From: Planktotalea sp.
Lineage (GTDB): Bacteria; Pseudomonadota; Alphaproteobacteria; Rhodobacterales; Rhodobacteraceae
Reading direction: 5' to 3'
DNA: 64,000 bases
Assembly (NCBI RefSeq): GCF_050633725.1
Contig: NZ_JBOEHB010000002.1
Coordinates: 1 to 64,000 of the forward strand
The notes beneath the pieces were generated by a model. It saw only the letters and a program-made list of their open reading frames with translations. It was not told the DNA's origin and made no database searches. The position numbers were made by a program, and so were the translations under genes. Below are positions 48,883 through 58,798 of the stretch, in pieces (the first letter of the stretch is position 1; every line of letters begins with the position of its first letter).

Positions 48883-50109
48883 ATGGCAGGCACGCCGCCC
48901 CGCTCCCCGCTTGCGCCGGAGCAATTTCCTGACCTACCGATCATCGACGGCGTGTCTTTTGCCGCTGCTCAAGCGGGTGTCAAATATTCTGGGCGCGCTG
49001 ACGTTATGCTTGCCCAGATTTGCGCAGGCAGCACGATTGCCGGGGTCTTCACCAAATCCGCAACGCGCTCTGCTCCGGTGCTTGATTGTCAGGCAAAGCT
49101 TGGCATCATCAGCGATGCTGGCGCGGCGATTATTGTGAATTCCGGCAATGCAAATGCCTTTACTGGAAAGAACGGTACCGATGTGACGCGCGCTGTAACA
49201 AGCAGCGTCGCTTCTGCACTCGGTCTGCCCGATGATCGCGTTTTCTCGTCTTCGACAGGCGTCATTGGCGAGTCACTGCCACATGAAAAAATCACCAGAA
49301 AGATTGAAGAACTAAAATTGGCTTTAAGCCCAACAGCCATCAAAGCTGCGGCTGAAGCGATCATGACGACGGATACCTTTTCCAAAGGGGCCTCTGCTCA
49401 GATTACGATCGACGGCAAAACCGTTTCCATCGCAGGCATCGCCAAAGGCTCTGGCATGATCGCACCAGATATGGCGACAATGCTGGTCTACATCTTCACC
49501 GATGCAAAGATCGCGCAACCTGACTTACAGGCCATGCTGTCAGAATTGAATGAGGTTACATTCAACTCCATCACAGTAGACAGCGATACCTCAACATCCG
49601 ACTCCTTGCTGCTCGCTGCAACTGGAACAAGCGATGTTGACGTTGCTGGGAACGGGGCATTTCGCGAGGCACTACATGGCGTCATGAAAGACCTCGCGCT
49701 TCAGGTCGTTCGCGATGGCGAAGGCGCAACCAAGTTGATTGAAATTCAAGTCACCGGAGCCGCCAATGATAGCGATGCGCGGATTCACGGCCTTTCAATT
49801 GCAAACTCGCCACTGGTTAAAACCGCTGTTGCCGGCGAAGATCCAAATTGGGGACGCGTTGTCATGGCGATTGGCAAATCTGGCGCTGCTGCCGACAGAG
49901 ACCTACTCAACATTCGCTTTGGCGATATTGTTGTGGCCGAGAAAGGCTGGGTTAGCCCAGACTACAACGAAGAGCTTGGCGCAACTTATATGAAGCAATC
50001 CGAGCTCGTGATTGGGGTCGATCTGGGTCTTGGGACTGGCAAAAGCACGGTTTGGACCTGCGATCTTACCCATGGTTACATCACCATCAACGCGGATTAC
50101 CGTTCGTGA
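48883..50109 (+). CDS. argJ: Bifunctional ornithine acetyltransferase / N-acetylglutamate synthase.
   Basis: Translation shows ATML, the self-cleavage Thr motif (...ATMLVYIFTDA) and the C-terminal HGYITINADYRS. Confidence 0.9.
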   Translation: MAGTPPRSPLAPEQFPDLPIIDGVSFAAAQAGVKYSGRADVMLAQICAGSTIAGVFTKSATRSAPVLDCQAKLGIISDAGAAIIVNSGNANAFTGKNGTDVTRAVTSSVASALGLPDDRVFSSSTGVIGESLPHEKITRKIEELKLALSPTAIKAAAEAIMTTDTFSKGASAQITIDGKTVSIAGIAKGSGMIAPDMATMLVYIFTDAKIAQPDLQAMLSELNEVTFNSITVDSDTSTSDSLLLAATGTSDVDVAGNGAFREALHGVMKDLALQVVRDGEGATKLIEIQVTGAANDSDARIHGLSIANSPLVKTAVAGEDPNWGRVVMAIGKSGAAADRDLLNIRFGDIVVAEKGWVSPDYNEELGATYMKQSELVIGVDLGLGTGKSTVWTCDLTHGYITINADYRS

Positions 50110-50504
50110 AGGTTGTTCATGTTAGCGCCGTAGCGCTTATCGATGTGGACGGACGTGTGTTGCTTGCGCAACGCCCCGAAGGGAAATCCATGGCGGGTTT
50201 GTGGGAATTTCCAGGCGGAAAAATTGAAGCTGGAGAAACGCCAGAAGCCGCTTTGATCCGGGAATTACAAGAAGAGCTAGGGATTGATACCTGGGCCAGT
50301 TGCCTCGCACCATTGACCTTCGCAAGCCATAGTTATGATGATTTTCATCTACTTATGCCCCTGTTTGCCTGCCGCAAATGGGACGGCATTCCGCAGGCAA
50401 AAGAGAATCAAACGCTAAAATGGGTAAAGGCAAGCGACCTAAGCAAATATCCGATGCCCGCGGCCGATATTCCGCTGATTCCTCACTTGCGTGATTGGCT
50501 GTAA
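50106..50504 (+). CDS. mutT: NUDIX hydrolase (MutT / 8-oxo-dGTP diphosphatase-like).
   Basis: The Nudix box reads GKIEAGETPEAALIRELQEELGI. A GTG start overlaps the argJ stop (GTGA), whereas the track start at 50052 lies inside argJ. Confidence 0.8.
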   Translation: MKVVHVSAVALIDVDGRVLLAQRPEGKSMAGLWEFPGGKIEAGETPEAALIRELQEELGIDTWASCLAPLTFASHSYDDFHLLMPLFACRKWDGIPQAKENQTLKWVKASDLSKYPMPAADIPLIPHLRDWL

Positions 50505-50632
50505 GGGGAAAAAGCCGAAAAAAACATCACAAATGAAAAGTTTGTTATAGGAATGTTAGTAGTTTTCTGACATTTTAACGTAAATTTACTGCATGTCTCG
50601 GTTGCCACGCCGAATTCTTGGGGGAGAAATCC

Positions 50633-50767
50633 ATGCTACAAACAATCATCATGGGAACCTGTGTTCAGGTTCAGGGAACATTTGTGCGCGCTCTGTCAGA
50701 CGGACGCATCATCGTAGCTGTAGGCGATCGCAACTACACAGGCACGCCAGTCGCAAACGCGGCTTAA
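50633..50767 (+). CDS. Candidate small protein (44 aa), Gly/Val/Thr-rich.
   Basis: GGGGGAG lies 5 nt upstream of an ATG that is otherwise intergenic, and a terminator follows within 30 nt. The product is MLQTIIMGTCVQVQGTFVRALSDGRIIVAVGDRNYTGTPVANAA. Confidence 0.4.
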   Translation: MLQTIIMGTCVQVQGTFVRALSDGRIIVAVGDRNYTGTPVANAA

Positions 50768-50796
50768 CTCGAATTCTGAAATCCTCGTTTAAAACG

Positions 50797-50828
50797 AAAA
50801 TGGCCCAAACTTATGTTCGGGCCATTTT
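50797..50828. terminator. Bidirectional rho-independent terminator (small ORF on +, infB operon on -).
   Basis: A stem AAAATGGCCC...GGGCCATTTT has A/T runs on both sides. Confidence 0.6.
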
Positions 50829-50927
50829 GCTGTGTTTGTAGATAGCTTTAAAGCGCTTCGGCTTAAACCGTACCACCAACGCGTCAGCATTGGTGATACC
50901 AGTTTTCCAGACTAGAGCTATGACGCT

Positions 50928-53411
50928 CTAGTCAAGCTTGCGTTCAATTGATTCACGCTCGAAGATCTCGATAACGTCGTCAGCACGGATATCGTCATAG
51001 TTCTCAAACGCCATACCGCATTCCTGACCTGACTGAACTTCCGACACTTCATCCTTGAAGCGCTTGAGTGTCTTAAGCGTGCCTTCGTGAATAACAACGT
51101 TGTCACGCAGCAAGCGCACGCCCGCAGAACGACGCGCGACACCTTCGGTAATCAGACAGCCAGCAACTTTGCCGATACCTGTAACCTTAAAGACCTCTTT
51201 GATCGCCGCATAACCGATGAAGTTCTCGCGAATTTCAGCAGACAGAAGACCAGACGCCGCCGCTTTCACGTCATCCACGAGATCGTAGATGATGGAGTAG
51301 TAGCGAATTTCGACGCCTTTCTGGTTCGCAGTGTTACGCGCAGACGCATTCGCACGAACGTTAAAGCCCATGATCGGAGCGCCAGACGCTTCCGCCAAGC
51401 CAATGTCGCTTTCAGTAATCGCGCCAACACCAGAGTGAAGAACGCGAACGCGGACTTCATCGTTGCCGATTTTCGCCATCGCCTGAACAATCGCTTCGGC
51501 AGAACCTTGAACGTCAGCTTTAACCAAGATTGGCATCTCAGAGACGTTCTCGTCAGCCTTGGCATTTGCCATCAACTGCTCAAGCGTGGTTGCAGCGCCA
51601 GCGGCAGCACGTTTGTCTTTTGCAGCTTTCTCACGATACTCGGCGATTTCGCGCGCTTGTGCATCGGTATCAACCACGTTCAGAACGTCGCCTGCCTCTG
51701 GTGTGCCGTTGAGGCCAAGGACCTCAACAGGAACCGACGGAGCCGCTTCTTTCACGCGCTGACCATGATCATTGATCAATGCACGCACTTTACCGTGCTG
51801 CTCGCCCACAACGAAGATGTCGCCAACGCGCAAAGTACCCGTTTGAACAAGAACCGTCGCGACGGGGCCACGGCCCACATCAAGCTGCGCTTCGATAACA
51901 GCGCCAACCGCGGCGCGATCTGGATTTGCTTTCAGCTCAAGAATTTCCGACTGAAGCGCAATCGCTTCAAGCAGTGTATCAAGGCCTTGACCGGTCAACG
52001 CAGACACTTCGACGTCCTGCACTTCACCAGACATTTTCTCAACGATCACCTCGTGCTGAAGCAGATCAGTGCGAACTTTGTCTGGGTTTGCGCCCGGCTT
52101 GTCGATCTTGTTGATCGCAACGATCATCGGAACGCCCGCCGCTTTCGCGTGGTTAATCGCCTCGATAGTCTGCGGCATCACAGCGTCATCCGCCGCAACA
52201 ACCAGAACAACAATATCCGTGACCTGTGCACCGCGTGAGCGCATCGACGTAAACGCCGCGTGACCCGGAGTATCCAAGAAGCTCAATACAGTGCCGTTGT
52301 CGGTCGTGACCTGATAGGCACCGATGTGCTGCGTAATGCCGCCAGCCTCGCCAGCCACGACTTTTGCGTTACGGATCGCATCGAGAAGCGATGTCTTACC
52401 GTGGTCAACGTGGCCCATGATCGTAATGATCGGCGGACGTGATTTCAGGTCTTTTTCATCGTCTTTTACTTCTGCGATAACATCTTCGACGTCCGCATCG
52501 GAAACACGTACGACCTTGTGGCCGAACTCTTCGATGATCAGCTCGGCAGTATCCGCATCAATGGTTTCGTTCTGCGTTACCATCATGCCGTTGGTCATCA
52601 ACGCCTTAACAACTGCGCCTGTCTTTTCAGCCATACGAGCGGCCAGTTCAGAGACAACAATTGCTGGCGGCAGCTGAACTTCACGAATGATCTTTTCGCG
52701 CTCAACGGTGCCACCCATCGCTTTTTGACGCGCGCGCTCTTGCTTACGCTTCATAGCAGCCATGGATTTGTGACGACCGTCACCACCCGACAGCGCTTGG
52801 TTCAACGTCAGCTTACCAGAACGACGACCATCGTTGCCGCCTTTGCCGCGCTGATTTCGCTGATCGCGCTCGCGGTCAGCTTTGCGCGGCGTTGCAGCTG
52901 GCGCAGGCTTGTTCGGAGCGGGGCGAGACGCAGGGGCAGGTTTGTCCGGCGCGGGCGCCGCAGCAACGCGTGCTGCTTCTTCCGCAGCTTTCTTAGCCGC
53001 TTCCTCAGCTTCCGCTTTCGCCTTTGCACGTTCAGCGCGCGCGCGCTCTTCGGCTTCTTTGGCTTCCGCTTCTGCGCGGCGACGTTCGCGATCGGCAGCG
53101 CGGGCCTTTTCTTCTGCTTCACGGCGCGCAGCATCTTCGGCTTCGCGCGCTTTCGCAGCTTGAACGGCCTTTAAACGGCGCTCCATTTCCGCATCAGTGA
53201 TACCTGCCGGACGCTTGGCTGGATTGCCACCGCCCACAGAACCAGCACCCGCAGGCTTTGCTGCGCCCGGCTTAGGCACGACAATGCGCTTGCGCTTGGT
53301 CTCAACCACAACATTCTTCGTGCGACCATGGCTGAAGCTTTGCTTTACATTACCGGGACGCGAACCAGCGCCACGCACACCCAATGTCTTTTTGCCGTCG
53401 TTATCGCTCAT
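50928..53411 (-). CDS. infB: Translation initiation factor IF-2.
   Basis: The 827-aa product has a G-domain ([17 protein letters not shown]) and a Lys/Ala/Glu-rich N-terminal region. Confidence 0.97.
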   Translation of the reverse strand: MSDNDGKKTLGVRGAGSRPGNVKQSFSHGRTKNVVVETKRKRIVVPKPGAAKPAGAGSVGGGNPAKRPAGITDAEMERRLKAVQAAKAREAEDAARREAEEKARAADRERRRAEAEAKEAEERARAERAKAKAEAEEAAKKAAEEAARVAAAPAPDKPAPASRPAPNKPAPAATPRKADRERDQRNQRGKGGNDGRRSGKLTLNQALSGGDGRHKSMAAMKRKQERARQKAMGGTVEREKIIREVQLPPAIVVSELAARMAEKTGAVVKALMTNGMMVTQNETIDADTAELIIEEFGHKVVRVSDADVEDVIAEVKDDEKDLKSRPPIITIMGHVDHGKTSLLDAIRNAKVVAGEAGGITQHIGAYQVTTDNGTVLSFLDTPGHAAFTSMRSRGAQVTDIVVLVVAADDAVMPQTIEAINHAKAAGVPMIVAINKIDKPGANPDKVRTDLLQHEVIVEKMSGEVQDVEVSALTGQGLDTLLEAIALQSEILELKANPDRAAVGAVIEAQLDVGRGPVATVLVQTGTLRVGDIFVVGEQHGKVRALINDHGQRVKEAAPSVPVEVLGLNGTPEAGDVLNVVDTDAQAREIAEYREKAAKDKRAAAGAATTLEQLMANAKADENVSEMPILVKADVQGSAEAIVQAMAKIGNDEVRVRVLHSGVGAITESDIGLAEASGAPIMGFNVRANASARNTANQKGVEIRYYSIIYDLVDDVKAAASGLLSAEIRENFIGYAAIKEVFKVTGIGKVAGCLITEGVARRSAGVRLLRDNVVIHEGTLKTLKRFKDEVSEVQSGQECGMAFENYDDIRADDVIEIFERESIERKLD

Positions 53412-54038
53412 TTAGCTGTCTTTTCCTTTCGGACGGCCCCTGCCGTCGCTAACTTCTCGTATCGCTTTTAATCTTTGGGCTTCCTCTACTACACGAGAGG
53501 TGAGTCCACCAGCGCTTAGCGCGCCATGTATCACAGTCTGTCGCCCAAAGGCCAATCCAAGTTCATCTGCGGTCAACCAACCGATGAAACTGCCGTAATG
53601 CGGCGTGCTTAGCTTCGATTTACCACGTTCTGACCCGTCTGACGCCTGAATAAGCACTTCTGCTTCTTCATTCATCAACCAGCTCTTAACTTTTTCGTAT
53701 CCCGCAACAGCGCTGCCTGACTTGCGTGCCAAGCTGATAAGCTCAACCAAACGGCGCGTCACTTGCGTTTCAACCTCAGCGACCAATCCTTCAGGCACTT
53801 TCACAGGCATCTTGGCGCTACGTGCAAATAGGTTCTTTGATGTCGCCTTTTCAAGGGCAGCTTTATCAGCAGAGACCCAAATACCACGCCCCGGCAGTTT
53901 GCCCAGAATATCTGGCACAATCTGCGCGTCCGGCCCAACGACAAAGCGGATCATTTTTGACATAGGAAGATTTTCCTGTGTCGCAATGCACTTGCGCTCT
54001 GGTCCGCTGGACCGATCTTTATGTGTGCCGCCGCGCGT
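53412..54038 (-). CDS. YlxR(DUF448)-L7Ae fusion RNA-binding protein of the nusA-infB operon.
   Basis: The YlxR motif ERKCIATQE precedes an L7Ae-like C-terminus. A GTG start at 54038 (GAGG 9 nt upstream) avoids the overlap with nusA, whereas the track ORF runs 82 nt into nusA. Confidence 0.65.
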   Translation of the reverse strand, partial: TRGGTHKDRSSGPERKCIATQENLPMSKMIRFVVGPDAQIVPDILGKLPGRGIWVSADKAALEKATSKNLFARSAKMPVKVPEGLVAEVETQVTRRLVELISLARKSGSAVAGYEKVKSWLMNEEAEVLIQASDGSERGKSKLSTPHYGSFIGWLTADELGLAFGRQTVIHGALSAGGLTSRVVEEAQRLKAIREVSDGRGRPKGKDS

Positions 54039-54066
54039 CACTGTCAGAAACCTCTGAGGCCTGAGA

Positions 54067-55677
54067 TCAGACCTCAGCCTCCTCGGTGGCGTCTTCGTCG
54101 TCGTGAGCTGCTTCGAGTTCAGCAGGATCAACCCAACCGAGCAGAACACGGGCTGTCATAATCATGCTTTGGGCTTCCTCAAGCTCCATACCGAATTGCT
54201 CTAGCAGACCGTCGTCTTTAACGCGCTCGCCATCAACAGTCGTCCAGCCGCCAGCCAACTCCCAGTCAGCACAGGTTGCGAAGTCCTCTAGCGTTTTGAC
54301 GCCGTCAGCCGCCAACACTTCCGCCATTTGCGCTGTGATGCCGTCAAATTCGATCAGGCTGTCCTCTGCGCCAAGCTCACGGGCTTTTGCAAGTGCAGCT
54401 GCGGCTTTTGCTTCCAGATGCTCACGTGCACGGGTCTGCAATTCGCCAGCTGTATCTTCATCAACACCGTCGATGACCAACAATTCGTCAACTTCAACGT
54501 AAGCAACCTCTTCAAGGTTGGTGAAGCCTTCGGACACAAGGAGTTGAGCGAAGAATTCGTCAACATCCAGCGCGTCCATGAAGAGTTTCGTGCGCAGCTC
54601 GAACTCGGCCTGACGGCGCTTGCTCTCCTCTTCCTCGGTCATGATGTCGATGTCGAGAGCGGTCAACTGAGACGCCAAACGCACGTTCTGACCACGACGG
54701 CCAATCGCGAGAGAAAGCTGCTCGTCTGGAACAACAACTTCGATCTTGCCCGCTTCTTCGTCCAGAACAACCTTGGACACTTCCGCTGGCTGCAATGCGT
54801 TCACGAGGAACGTTGGCTGATCTTCATTCCAAGGGATGATGTCGATCTTTTCGCCCTGAAGCTCGTTCACAACAGCCTGAACACGAGAGCCACGCATACC
54901 AACGCAGGCACCGACGGGATCAATAGAACCGTCATGTGAAATCACGGCGATCTTTGCACGGGAACCCGGATCACGCGCGACAGCTTTGATATCAATGATG
55001 CCGTCATAAATCTCGGGCACTTCCATCTTGAACAGCTCAGCCATGAATTCAGGCGCTGTACGAGAGAGAAAAATCTGAGGACCGCGCGCTTCGCGGCGCA
55101 CATCTTTGATGTAGCAGCGGATACGATCATTCGGGCGATAGCTTTCGCGGCCGATTTTCTCGTTACGGCGCAGGATGCCCTCGCCGCGACCTACGTCAAC
55201 GATCACGTTGCCGTATTCTTCACGTTTCACAACACCATTGATAATCGTGCCTGCACGATCCTGGAACTCTTCGAACTGGCGATCGCGCTCAGCTTCGCGA
55301 ACCTTCTGCAAGATAACCTGCTTCGCCGATTGGGCAGCAATACGGCCCATTTCGACTGGCGGAACTTCTTCAGTGAACGTCGCGCCAACCTCTGGGTCAG
55401 CCATGTACTGCTTGGCCTGCTCAACAGTGAACTCGGCCTGATAATTCTCTAGCTCGTCATCCTCAACAACTGTGCGCACACGTGTGAATGTCGCGCGGCC
55501 CGTCTTGCGGTCGATAGACACGCGAATGTCCATTTCAGCGCCGTAGCGAGACTTCGCAGCGCGCGCGAGGCTTTCTTCCATGGCCTCGATTACAAGACCC
55601 GGATCAATCATCTTTTCGCGCGCGACCGCTTCGGCGGTTTGCAGCAGCTCAAGCTGGTTTGCTGAGGTAATAGCCAT
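54067..55677 (-). CDS. nusA: Transcription termination/antitermination factor NusA.
   Basis: S1 and KH domains are followed by a C-terminal acidic repeat domain. Its start lies 2 nt from the rimP stop. Confidence 0.95.
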   Translation of the reverse strand: MAITSANQLELLQTAEAVAREKMIDPGLVIEAMEESLARAAKSRYGAEMDIRVSIDRKTGRATFTRVRTVVEDDELENYQAEFTVEQAKQYMADPEVGATFTEEVPPVEMGRIAAQSAKQVILQKVREAERDRQFEEFQDRAGTIINGVVKREEYGNVIVDVGRGEGILRRNEKIGRESYRPNDRIRCYIKDVRREARGPQIFLSRTAPEFMAELFKMEVPEIYDGIIDIKAVARDPGSRAKIAVISHDGSIDPVGACVGMRGSRVQAVVNELQGEKIDIIPWNEDQPTFLVNALQPAEVSKVVLDEEAGKIEVVVPDEQLSLAIGRRGQNVRLASQLTALDIDIMTEEEESKRRQAEFELRTKLFMDALDVDEFFAQLLVSEGFTNLEEVAYVEVDELLVIDGVDEDTAGELQTRAREHLEAKAAAALAKARELGAEDSLIEFDGITAQMAEVLAADGVKTLEDFATCADWELAGGWTTVDGERVKDDGLLEQFGMELEEAQSMIMTARVLLGWVDPAELEAAHDDEDATEEAEV

Positions 55678-55679
55678 GG

Positions 55680-56261
55680 TTACTTCTCCTCTGACAACGG
55701 CGTATCGTCCGTTTCAATTTCGTCAAATTCATCTTCGTTAACATCGCCAGCCGCTTTGCGCTGGCGTAGCATTTCTGTGATCAACTCATCCGTGAGAACC
55801 AGCTTGGCATCGCTGAGCCAATCAAAGTTCAGACCGATCGTGCCTTCTTCGACGTTAATCAAAACATCGTCACCCTCAACGCCAGCCAGCTCACCCTTAA
55901 AGCGGCGGCGACCGTCGATCAGCTCTGTCGTTTCGATCTTGGCCTCATAGCCTTCAAACGTCTCGAAATCCTTGAGGCGGGTCAAAGGGCGATCAATTCC
56001 TGGGCTGGAAACTTCCAGCGTATATTCGTCCACGATCGGGTCTTCGACATCGAGCGTCGCGCCAACAGCCGTGCTGATCTCGGCGCATTGATCAACCTCG
56101 ATACCGCCCTCGGGGCGTTCGGCCATAATCTGCAATGTCGTGGACTTGCCAGACATCAGGCGCACGCGCACCAATTCATACCCGAGATCTTCGATCACAG
56201 GCGTGATAATCTCGGCAAGGCGCTGGTCGATGGCAGCTTTGGCAATCAAATCGTTGTTCAT
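55680..56261 (-). CDS. rimP: Ribosome maturation factor RimP.
   Basis: The 193-aa product ends in an acidic tail, and the gene order rimP-nusA-infB is conserved. Confidence 0.9.
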   Translation of the reverse strand: MNNDLIAKAAIDQRLAEIITPVIEDLGYELVRVRLMSGKSTTLQIMAERPEGGIEVDQCAEISTAVGATLDVEDPIVDEYTLEVSSPGIDRPLTRLKDFETFEGYEAKIETTELIDGRRRFKGELAGVEGDDVLINVEEGTIGLNFDWLSDAKLVLTDELITEMLRQRKAAGDVNEDEFDEIETDDTPLSEEK

Positions 56262-56287
56262 ATCTCATCCAGCCTACGTCTAGGCAC

Positions 56288-56310
56288 AAAAAAACGGGCG
56301 CGCGGCCCGT
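56288..56310 (-). terminator. Intrinsic terminator in the rimP leader, about 27 nt upstream of the rimP start codon.
   Basis: The minus-strand transcript would contain a hairpin ACGGGC-cgcgc-GCCCGU followed by U7. Confidence 0.5.
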
Positions 56311-56578
56311 TGATCGTTCTCGGTGGAGCGTTTGGTTTGGACCCAGCCGCGCCGCTGTTACGAGCCATATAGACAAGCATTACTGAGTCCGCAAGGCCAG
56401 ATGTTAGAGAGTTATGGCTGGCAGTTTAGACACGCTTTCAAGTTAGCGACGAAACTAGAGTTGAATCCCTATCTCCCCATGGGATACTTGATCGACAGGA
56501 AATGCACTTTATGCGTGCAATTCTCGTTTGCTAGTGATCCGTTCTCAGTAGGGGCCGCCTGATTTCAGGCGGTCCTCA

Positions 56579-57562
56579 TTATTTATATCGTTGCGCAATT
56601 TCATCCATCGCACCGACCAATTCCGCACTGATTCCGGGTTCACTCAAAGCATGACCAGCATCCCGCACCATTCTCAGCTCGGCATTCGGGCATGCTTGCG
56701 CCACTTCAAATGCGGATCGGGGAGGACAAATCATATCGTACCGCCCCTGAACTATCACTGCTGGAATATGCGCAATGCGTCTAACGTTTTCCAAAATCTG
56801 GCCATCTGATTCCAAGAACCCTCCATGCACGAAATAGTGGTTCTCAAGTCGCGCAAACGCGCGCGCATATTCGCCGGGCGCGTCACCGCTTTGTCCATTC
56901 GAAGCGACAGAAGCCAGCGCATTTTCCCATTTCGACCACGCCTTGCCAAAGCGCACTTCGGTTGCGTGATCTCCACCAAACAGCCGTCGGTGATAGGCAC
57001 CGATCATGTCATCGCGCTCCGCTTCTGGGATGGGGCTCACAAACTCTTGCCAAGCTTCCGGCCAAAACTGCCCAGCGCCACCACCATAAAACCACTCAAG
57101 TTCTCGCTGCATCATCAAAAAGACACCGCGCAAAACCAACTGCGCGACGCGCTCTGGATGGGTTTGAGCGTAAATCAGCGAAAGTGTTGCGCCCCAGCTT
57201 CCGCCAAAAACAATGAATTTTTCAATGTCCAAGACTTCGCGAATACGTTCGATGTCAGCAACAAGATCCCAAGTCGTATTGTTCTCAACACTTGCGTAGG
57301 GGCGTGAACGCCCACAGCCACGCTGATCAAACAACACAACACGATAAACCTTTGGATCAAAATAGCGCCGCATCGACGGGCTACAGCCCCCACCCGGGCC
57401 ACCATGTAAAACGATCACAGGTATCCCATTCGGGTTACCACATTGCTCAACATAGATCGTATGACCACCCGGCATATCCATCATCCGTTGATCAAAGGGA
57501 TCAATTTGCGGGTAAAGATAATGTACCGCGCTCTTTTGGCCTGAGATTTTATCCATATCCAT
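56579..57562 (-). CDS. pip: Prolyl aminopeptidase (proline iminopeptidase, alpha/beta-hydrolase).
   Basis: Translation reads VLHGGPGGG..., with the nucleophile elbow GGSWGATL and the catalytic Asp/His context. Confidence 0.85.
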   Translation of the reverse strand: MDMDKISGQKSAVHYLYPQIDPFDQRMMDMPGGHTIYVEQCGNPNGIPVIVLHGGPGGGCSPSMRRYFDPKVYRVVLFDQRGCGRSRPYASVENNTTWDLVADIERIREVLDIEKFIVFGGSWGATLSLIYAQTHPERVAQLVLRGVFLMMQRELEWFYGGGAGQFWPEAWQEFVSPIPEAERDDMIGAYHRRLFGGDHATEVRFGKAWSKWENALASVASNGQSGDAPGEYARAFARLENHYFVHGGFLESDGQILENVRRIAHIPAVIVQGRYDMICPPRSAFEVAQACPNAELRMVRDAGHALSEPGISAELVGAMDEIAQRYK

Positions 57563-57614
57563 CCTATATACCCCTTAGGGCTAGTCGCGCCCAATTGAGC
57601 ATACGGAGACAGGA

Positions 57615-58361
57615 ATGCAAACCGCACAAACCACAGTTGACCCCGCTGAGGTCGCAAAGTTTGAAGCTATGGCCGCTGAATGGTGGGATCCCAAGGGCAA
57701 GTTCAAACCCCTTCATATGCTTAATCCCTGCCGTTTGGATTACATCACCCGTCAAATCGCCGGCGAGTTTGATCGCGACCTCACAGCACCCGAACCGTTC
57801 AAGGGTCTGCGCATACTTGATATTGGCTGCGGTGGCGGCTTGCTCTCTGAGCCAATGGCGCGCCTTGGCGCAACTGTCGTTGGCGCGGATGCAGCATCAG
57901 GCAACATTCCCGTGGCGCAAATCCATGCTGAACAATCTGGCCTGACAATTGATTACCGCAACACCACTGCCGAAGCGATGGCGGAAGCTGGAGAGCAGTT
58001 TGATGTCGTCATAAACATGGAAGTTGTCGAACACGTCGCCGACCCGCTGGCGTATCTCACTGCATGCCAGCAACTATTGAAACCTGCAGGCTTGCATCTT
58101 TGCTCAACCATCAATCGCAACCCAAAGAGCTATGCAGTTGCTATTGTTGGCGCCGAAGTGATCATGCGCTGGCTCCCGAAGGGAACACATGAATGGAACA
58201 AGTTCATTACGCCTGATGAGCTGTATGATCTGCTTGAGAAATCTGGCGTAACGCCCGTTGATCGCAAAGGGTTTGTATTCAATCCAGTGCTTTGGAGCTG
58301 GAGCATCTCAGATCGAGATCTGAGTGTGAACTACGTCACCGCAAGTACGAAACCTGCGTAA
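57615..58361 (+). CDS. ubiG: Ubiquinone biosynthesis O-methyltransferase.
   Basis: Translation reads [22 protein letters not shown] (SAM motif I) within a UbiG-length protein. Confidence 0.85.
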   Translation: MQTAQTTVDPAEVAKFEAMAAEWWDPKGKFKPLHMLNPCRLDYITRQIAGEFDRDLTAPEPFKGLRILDIGCGGGLLSEPMARLGATVVGADAASGNIPVAQIHAEQSGLTIDYRNTTAEAMAEAGEQFDVVINMEVVEHVADPLAYLTACQQLLKPAGLHLCSTINRNPKSYAVAIVGAEVIMRWLPKGTHEWNKFITPDELYDLLEKSGVTPVDRKGFVFNPVLWSWSISDRDLSVNYVTASTKPA

Positions 58362-58363
58362 CG

Positions 58364-58798
58364 TTATTCAAGCTTAAGGCGGAGTTCGCGAATAATCGGC
58401 AGCACGGTTCGTATCTTGTCGCTGCCCATATCGCTAACGATGCCTGCGATCACGGGCTCCATGCCAACAAGCGCTGCGTCACGCGCGGCGCGCCCTGCTG
58501 GACTAAGCGAAACGAGCTTGCGCCGCGCATCATCCCAGTCAGGGCGGATATGAATATACCCTGCCCACTCTAACTTGCCGAGCGTGTTGGTCATCGCTCC
58601 ACGCGTCAGGTGCATGCTTTTGGCCAATTGCGCAGGTGTGCGTTCGCCAGATTGGCTTGCGAGCTGATTGAGCACAGAGAAATGTGAAATCTCCATTCCT
58701 TTTGGCAAGACGCGCCCAAGCCGCGTACGCAGCAATTGATCCGTTGTCAGAATTTCACTGAGCAACATCACAGCGAGGGCGTTTGCCTCATCAATCAT
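58364..58798 (-). CDS. MarR-family transcriptional regulator.
   Basis: The 144-aa product has a winged HTH (PAQLAKSMHLTRGAMTNTLGKLEWAGYI). Confidence 0.8.
   Translation of the reverse strand: MIDEANALAVMLLSEILTTDQLLRTRLGRVLPKGMEISHFSVLNQLASQSGERTPAQLAKSMHLTRGAMTNTLGKLEWAGYIHIRPDWDDARRKLVSLSPAGRAARDAALVGMEPVIAGIVSDMGSDKIRTVLPIIRELRLKLE

Noticed and set aside
51087-53174. 383-aa and 218-aa plus-strand ORFs and the Arg/Ala-rich 93-108-aa ORFs
   Set aside because: They are antisense to or out of frame within infB. Their low-complexity composition reflects the Lys/Ala/Glu-rich IF-2 N-terminal region.
56311-56578. Possible tRNA (metY-like) in the rimP upstream region, by analogy with E. coli metY-rimP-nusA-infB
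   Set aside because: I could not assemble a cloverleaf with acceptor and T-arm features on either strand. Only a GAATCC fragment is present.
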